A DNA stretch of 64,000 nucleotides. It comes from Candidatus Omnitrophota bacterium (GTDB taxonomy: Bacteria > Omnitrophota > Gorgyraeia > Duberdicusellales > 4484-171). The DNA is taken from NCBI GenBank assembly GCA_003154195.1, contig PMCS01000024.1, positions 64,028-128,027 of the forward strand. Reading direction: 5' to 3'. Below, in pieces: positions 58,140 to 64,000 of this stretch (the stretch's first letter is position 1; every line of letters starts with the position of its first letter). Position numbers and translations under genes: made by a program. A model generated the notes under the pieces. It had not been told where the DNA came from and did no database searches. It saw only the letters and a list, made by a program, of their open reading frames with translations.

Positions 58140-58348
58140 TTGCCACAAAGGCACCAAGACACTAAGATTATAAAAAATGGCAATAGCCCTTGCTCCGAAT
58201 TTCACTGCAAATCACAAATTTTAAAGTGAATTACCCCCGACTTCGTCGGTGGTTTAGTATCACGCCCTTTGGCTTGATTTCGGTAAAGTCTCATTAATTA
58301 ATCGGTAATTATTGATTTTTCTTAGTGCCCTTGTGTCTTTGTGGCTAA
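58140..58348. repeat. 9-bp-periodic palindrome (GCCACAAAGGCACCAAGACACTAAG) enclosing nested hairpin elements
   Basis: Left arm at 58142, inverted arm CTTAGTGCCCTTGTGTCTTTGTGGC at 58321; interior ends AAGTCTCATTAA like the 110-bp element. Confidence 0.75.
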
Positions 58349-58373
58349 ATTCTTTTATACCCGCCCGCCAAAT

Positions 58374-59216
58374 TTATTTTTGTCGAGACGCTGTTTTAAC
58401 CAGGTTTTGGAATAAAAAAAGCGGCGTAAGCCTTCCGATTCCGCCGGGTACCGGCGTAATCAGCGAGGCGCGCTTTCGAGCGCTTTCAAACTCTACATCG
58501 CCGCAGATTTTACCGTTTTTTTGACCGATCCCCACATCGATAATAATCGCCCCTTTTTTCAAACATTCGCCCCTGATTATATGAGGCTTACCCACGGCAG
58601 AAATCACAATATCGGCATTTTCCAGATAAAACGGCAATCGTTCGCTCTCGTAAGTAGCGATATGTGTTATGTTCACGGTAGCGAATTTCCGCCCTAAAAT
58701 TATCGCGAGGGGTTTTCCGATCAAAGTCGAAAATCCTACGATGGTTACTTCTTTTCCGTACAGCTCAACTTCGGCAGAGTCCAAAACTTCCAGGACGCTT
58801 AAAACCGTCGGGGAAATGAACTTACTCTCATCGCCCCAAAAAAGGCTTCCCAGGTTAAGCGGGTGTAAACCCTCAATATCTTTCGCGGGGTCAACCGCGC
58901 CGAACACATCCGCTTCGTTCCAGTCTTTAGGAAAAGGCTTGTTTACAATGATACCGCTTATATTTTTATCCCGGCTGAATGCCTTGATCTTTTCGATACA
59001 TTCGGCAATAGTAACATTTTCATCGACGACTGCCGAAACATACTTGACGCCAAATTCTTGCGCTAATTTTTCCTGAGAGACAGAGTAAACTTTAGCGGAA
59101 TAGTCGTTGCCGACCCTCAAGGAAGCTAGCGACAAGCTGCCTGCCTCGGCAATATCCTGCTTTATCTGTTTTTTAAGCTTTTTATAAATACGGTCAACGT
59201 CCAGTATCTCAGCCAT
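58374..59216 (-). CDS. folD: methylenetetrahydrofolate dehydrogenase FolD (probably monofunctional)
   Basis: KDIEGL, IGKPL, IDVG, GDV, TPVPGGIG; YxxxK is replaced by YSVSQ. Confidence 0.92.
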   Translation of the reverse strand: MAEILDVDRIYKKLKKQIKQDIAEAGSLSLASLRVGNDYSAKVYSVSQEKLAQEFGVKYVSAVVDENVTIAECIEKIKAFSRDKNISGIIVNKPFPKDWNEADVFGAVDPAKDIEGLHPLNLGSLFWGDESKFISPTVLSVLEVLDSAEVELYGKEVTIVGFSTLIGKPLAIILGRKFATVNITHIATYESERLPFYLENADIVISAVGKPHIIRGECLKKGAIIIDVGIGQKNGKICGDVEFESARKRASLITPVPGGIGRLTPLFLFQNLVKTASRQK

Positions 59217-59295
59217 AATTTTATTTTCCCGGCGCAAGAATAAACTTATCCGCCGCGCGGATAAAAACGCAGTAGTCACCTTTACCGAAGAACCC

Positions 59296-59772
59296 CTATT
59301 GCTTTTTTTTAAACATCGACGCGTTAGCTTGAATATTTAGAATACACCCGTTCAGCGAAAGCGATACCAGCTCACGGCCGATATGGAAATCGCTTATTAT
59401 ACCTTTTTTAATTCCGGGTTCTACTCTTTTCGCAAGAGCTATCGCTTTCCGGCAATAATCCGCGGTCATCGTGACTATTCGTTCGCTTTTTTTTAAATAA
59501 AGCGCCCGGTTTTTTCCTTTCGCGCGCATCACCTTTTCAAAAAGGTCGCCGTCTAAATCAATAAACCGAAAAGCTCCGGCGCGTAAAATCTTAAACCGTT
59601 TTAACGGCAGATCAAAGCTATCGCGGTTTATCGCAGAATACCGCAGAGCTTTTTCGATAAGGCTTACGCCCAGGCAGAAGGTTAGCGCCGCCACGCTCCC
59701 GCCGCCGGGAGACGGCTTCTTCGCCGCCAGATCATTGATGTATTTTTTGAAATGGTTTCTATATTTTATCAT
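59296..59772 (-). CDS. fchA: cyclodeaminase/cyclohydrolase family protein (FchA, FTCD_C)
   Basis: LAAKKPSPGGGSVAA, ISD; directly upstream of folD. Confidence 0.82.
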   Translation of the reverse strand: MIKYRNHFKKYINDLAAKKPSPGGGSVAALTFCLGVSLIEKALRYSAINRDSFDLPLKRFKILRAGAFRFIDLDGDLFEKVMRAKGKNRALYLKKSERIVTMTADYCRKAIALAKRVEPGIKKGIISDFHIGRELVSLSLNGCILNIQANASMFKKKQ

Positions 59773-59886
59773 CTTTTTTAACCCTTAACTTCAATCAGGG
59801 TAATTTCTCGGCTTTTATTCAGTTTAATGAATCAAGGAGAAGTTTGCCCGCCACAAATAATAAATATTTAGGCGGGCAAATATCTA

Positions 59887-59928
59887 ACCCGGCGCTAATT
59901 TTACTGTGGTAAAATTAGCGCCGGGTTA
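59887..59928. repeat. palindrome CCCGGCGCTAATTTT..AAAATTAGCGCCGGG
   Basis: Related GCACTAATTT..AAATTAGTGC hairpins at ~35638 and ~40284; the copies at 40284 and here overlap stop codons. Confidence 0.65.
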
Positions 59929-60279
59929 ACCGTCCATCCTGAACGCATTTTTTATTAAATTAAATTGCCGCCAACGGCTGCCTTGAATAATCTCTAAAAC
60001 ATCAAAACGAAAACTGCCGTCTTGCTGCCTTAGGTTCGACACATAAAATAGAGCGGTTTTTTTTATTTTTTCTCTTTTCCCTTGGTCAACCGCCTCAATA
60101 CCGGAAACTAAATAATTAGAATCACGCGCCTTAACCTCGATAAATGATACGGTTTTTTTATCTTTGGCGATAATATCGATTTCGCCGAAACGGCTGCGAA
60201 AATTATTGCGTATAATGCGATACCCTTTTGATTTAAGAAATTCCCGCGCCTTGGTTTCGTAATAATCGCCTCTAGCCAT
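59926..60279 (-). CDS. YraN family (UPF0102) endonuclease-like protein
   Basis: GEIDII..FIEVKAR..RFDV; follows rnhB. Confidence 0.92.
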   Translation of the reverse strand: MARGDYYETKAREFLKSKGYRIIRNNFRSRFGEIDIIAKDKKTVSFIEVKARDSNYLVSGIEAVDQGKREKIKKTALFYVSNLRQQDGSFRFDVLEIIQGSRWRQFNLIKNAFRMDG

Positions 60280-60874
60280 GTAAGTCAACCTGCCCAGAAA
60301 TATTACAACTTCTTCCGGCCGCACAGGGAGCAAAACTACGCCGGTGGAACTCGGTCAATGATTTTAATTTCAGCATTTCCCGGTGTTCCCTGGTCGGATA
60401 GCCGTTATGTTTATAAAAATTCCATTGCGGATAAATAAAATCAATAAGCCCCATCAGATGATCACGGGTGACCTTGGCGATAATCGAAGCGCAAGATACT
60501 TCCTTTACGGTTTTATCCGCTTTTTCAATACAGGTATACCTGATATTTAAATTAGTACGAAAAATATTGCCGTCAACGATGAAAGACGCGTTTTCCAAAG
60601 CGAGATTTTTTTTGATAATACCGTTGATCGCCCGGTTAAAGGTTAAAAACGTCGCCTCCAGTATATTCACCCGGTCGATTTCCTCCGGGGTCGCTATCGC
60701 GACCGAAAATGTCGAATTTTCAATGAGCCAATTAAACATCGCCTCTCTCGCTAAAGGCGAAAGCTCCTTGGAATCCCTGGGAACAAACGGAGGGTTGCGC
60801 TTAAGATACAGGGCGCAGCCCACAACCGCGCCGGCCAACGGTCCGCGGCCGGCTTCATCGATTCCGACAATCAT
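60272..60874 (-). CDS. rnhB: ribonuclease HII
   Basis: GIDEAGRGPLAG, DSK, VDG, ASIIAKVTRD, GYPT. Confidence 0.96.
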   Translation of the reverse strand: MIVGIDEAGRGPLAGAVVGCALYLKRNPPFVPRDSKELSPLAREAMFNWLIENSTFSVAIATPEEIDRVNILEATFLTFNRAINGIIKKNLALENASFIVDGNIFRTNLNIRYTCIEKADKTVKEVSCASIIAKVTRDHLMGLIDFIYPQWNFYKHNGYPTREHREMLKLKSLTEFHRRSFAPCAAGRSCNISGQVDLHG

Positions 60875-60893
60875 AGTTTAAACTGTGTTTTAT

Positions 60894-60984
60894 ACGCAGA
60901 TGATCACAGATTGGAAGAAACAGATGATCACGGATAATTCATTGTCTGCGATCATCTGCTTTTTTTAATCAGCGATCATCGGCG
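60894..60984. repeat. CAGATGATC-unit palindrome downstream of rplS
   Basis: CGCAGATGATCACAGATT..CAGATGATCACGGAT / GCGATCATCTG..GCGATCATCGGCG; twin at 61352. Confidence 0.8.
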
Positions 60985-60987
60985 CCC

Positions 60988-61335
60988 TTACGCCAGCATC
61001 GCTTTTTTACCGATACGTTTTCTTAAATAATACAAGCGCGCGCGCCGCGCCGGCTTAGCCGATTTCTTAACCATTTCGATTTTATCGATATTGGGCGTAT
61101 AATAAGGAAAGGTTATTTCATACGCTTCGCCATAAGCAATCCGGCGCAGGGTAAATGATTTTCGGTGCATTGCCCCCTGGATTTTCAGAATCACGCCTTC
61201 AATCGGATGGATGCGTTCTTTGTCTTTTTCTTTTATTTTATAATGGATTTTAACGATATCCCCCGCTTTGAATTGCGGGTAATCCTTCTTCATTCCTGCC
61301 AGCAATTCTTGTTCGACCATAACCAATTTGTCCAT
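60988..61335 (-). CDS. rplS: 50S ribosomal protein L19
   Basis: FKAGDIVKIH..KER..EG..SFTLRRI..RRARLYYLR; follows trmD. Confidence 0.95.
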   Translation of the reverse strand: MDKLVMVEQELLAGMKKDYPQFKAGDIVKIHYKIKEKDKERIHPIEGVILKIQGAMHRKSFTLRRIAYGEAYEITFPYYTPNIDKIEMVKKSAKPARRARLYYLRKRIGKKAMLA

Positions 61336-61351
61336 AGTTAACCTCCGTGGT

Positions 61352-61443
61352 TCACAGATGATCTCAGATTAGAAGAAACAGATGATCACAGATGCTTTCC
61401 TATCGGCGATCATCTGCATTTTTTCATCAGCGATCATCTGCGT
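61352..61443. repeat. CAGATGATC-unit palindrome upstream of rplS, overlapping the trmD 3' end
   Basis: Near-identical layout to 60894..60984. Confidence 0.8.
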
Positions 61444-62137
61444 TTAATAAATCGGGCCTATATTTTTTTGTCGCCTCCCAAGCTTTTTTCTTTCGCCATT
61501 CCTTTATTTTCGCATGATCGCCCGATAATAAAATCCGCGGCACTTTCAGGCCGCGAAAGTTTTCCGGACGCGTCCAATGCGGGAAATCCAATAAATTATT
61601 TTCAAAACTTTCATTTTTAACCGATTCCCGGTCGGAAACAACACCGGGAATAAGCCGGGCCAGCGAATCGATTAAAACCATCGCCGCCAACTCTCCGCCA
61701 CTCAAGATATAATCGCCGATTGATATCTCTTCTTCGGCAAGGTATTTACCTACTCTTTCATCGGCGCCTTCGTAGCGCGCGCTGATTAAAACCAGGCGTT
61801 CATAATTCAAGAAACGGCCAATCGTTTTCTGGTCTAACGTTTTTCCGCGCGGGCCTAACAATATAATCCGCTTAGCTTTATCTACTTTTTTTTCAGGATA
61901 CGCGCGATATCCTAAAATTGATTCAACGGCGGCGAATAAAGGCTCCGGTTTAAATAACATCCCCCCTCCGCCATAAGAAACGTCATCGATCTTTTTATGT
62001 TTTTTATCGAGCGAATGATCGCGTAAATCATGGATGTTTATTTTAACCAGGCCTTTGTTCTGCGCTCTTTTGATTATCGATTCTTCGATAACCGGAGCGA
62101 ACATTTTAGGAAATATCGTGATTACGTCTATAACCAT
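61427..62137 (-). CDS. trmD: tRNA (guanine37-N1)-methyltransferase
   Basis: YGGGGM, RYEGADER, SIGDYILSGGE, LLSGDH. Confidence 0.97.
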   Translation of the reverse strand: MVIDVITIFPKMFAPVIEESIIKRAQNKGLVKINIHDLRDHSLDKKHKKIDDVSYGGGGMLFKPEPLFAAVESILGYRAYPEKKVDKAKRIILLGPRGKTLDQKTIGRFLNYERLVLISARYEGADERVGKYLAEEEISIGDYILSGGELAAMVLIDSLARLIPGVVSDRESVKNESFENNLLDFPHWTRPENFRGLKVPRILLSGDHAKIKEWRKKKAWEATKKYRPDLLNADDR

Positions 62138-62202
62138 AATAAAAATATCCTACGTCAACGCCGCAGGATATTTTTATCCGAAATCCGCCTGCGGCGGATT
62201 TA

Positions 62203-63371
<1,169 letters not shown>

Positions 63372-63377
63372 GAAAAA

Positions 63378-63602
63378 TTACTTATGTTTGTTCAATAAAT
63401 AAATAATTAAACTGAAAGCGACACTTAACAAAATAGACGTCGATAAAGGAAAATAAAAAGTAAAGTTTCCTTTGTTGATATAAATATCCCCCGGCAACCG
63501 CCCAAGAAAAGGTAATTTAAAACGGGAAAAAATAATCATCCCGGCACCGAGAATAATAAATATAACTCCCGCCGCAATAAGCAACTTCCCTAAATTATTC
63601 AT
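63378..63602 (-). CDS. DUF2905 family membrane protein
   Basis: LGRLPGDI..FYFPLSTSILLS; typical ruvB neighbour. Confidence 0.9.
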   Translation of the reverse strand: MNNLGKLLIAAGVIFIILGAGMIIFSRFKLPFLGRLPGDIYINKGNFTFYFPLSTSILLSVAFSLIIYLLNKHK

Positions 63603-63604
63603 TT

Positions 63605-63768
63605 AACCCGTTGGAATCATTGAGCCTGTTGGGCCAGTTGTGTCTGTTAAGCCCGTTTAGCCCGCTGTGTCGGTTGGGACTGTTTAGTCCGTTTAGCCTG
63701 ATGAGTCCGTTAGAATATCTCAACCCGACAACTGACTCAACCGGCTTAACCGGCTTAACGGAATCAAC
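63605..63768. repeat. palindrome with 9-bp-periodic arms (GCCCGTTGA type)
   Basis: About a dozen GxxxGTTxx units followed by inverted AACxxxxTC units; same family as 29206. Confidence 0.8.
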
Positions 63769-63812
63769 AATTTGAAGTTAGCATAGACGTATTCGCTCCG
63801 CGAACGATTAAG

Positions 63813-64000
63813 CTACATGCTTATATTTTTTGGGTTAAGCGGATACGGTAAGTTTAGATGTTTATATGCGGATTCGGTAGCGATTCTTCCGCGGGGGCTG
63901 CGTATAATAAAACCTTTTTTTAAAAGATAAGGCTCGACGACGTCTTCCATGGTGCCTTTATCTTCAGCCAGCGAAGCGGCGATTGCTTCAATGCCGGTCG
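63813..64000 (-). CDS. ruvB: Holliday junction DNA helicase RuvB, 3' end (partial)
   Basis: Manual translation [41 protein letters not shown]. Confidence 0.93.
   Translation of the reverse strand, partial: TGIEAIAASLAEDKGTMEDVVEPYLLKKGFIIRSPRGRIATESAYKHLNLPYPLNPKNISM

Overview
A 64-kb bacterial chromosome segment, almost entirely minus-strand coded. The lineage is not determined. Gene content and the density of palindromic mini-repeats are compatible with Ca. Omnitrophota or a similar candidate phylum (inference). The backbone is housekeeping: accD, hrcA-grpE-dnaK-dnaJ with a CIRCE, rluB, mtaB, rsmE, tRNA-Ala(CGC), panB, apbE, polX, queF, recO, ybeY, hisS-aspS, HU/IHF, dnaE, guaB-like/guaA, fchA-folD, rnhB, rplS, trmD, tgt and the 3' end of ruvB. 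Accessory loci are an ECF sigma/anti-sigma/VIT-vWA/vWA operon, an NYN ribonuclease, two diguanylate cyclases plus a PilZ protein, a transglutaminase-like protein, and a secreted PKD-lipase/Ig-like protein pair. Five signals stand out. (1) The anti-sigma factor and the VIT-vWA protein share three short peptide motifs that are encoded by different codons, and two matching ECF-type promoters drive the locus. (2) Several families of tiny palindromic elements insert into each other, with filled and empty sites both visible in the window. One family sits directly against six start codons, and others lie in-frame inside genes or supply stop codons. (3) Two echoes of a tRNA 3' end follow tRNA-Ala at 113-bp spacing, each interrupted in the T-loop. 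(4) The NYN RNase has a promoter plus GNRA-hairpin leader reminiscent of RNA-antitoxin systems. (5) A deleted REP-associated transposase lies next to a GTAG-type REP. No CRISPR array, rRNA or intact transposase/integrase was seen.
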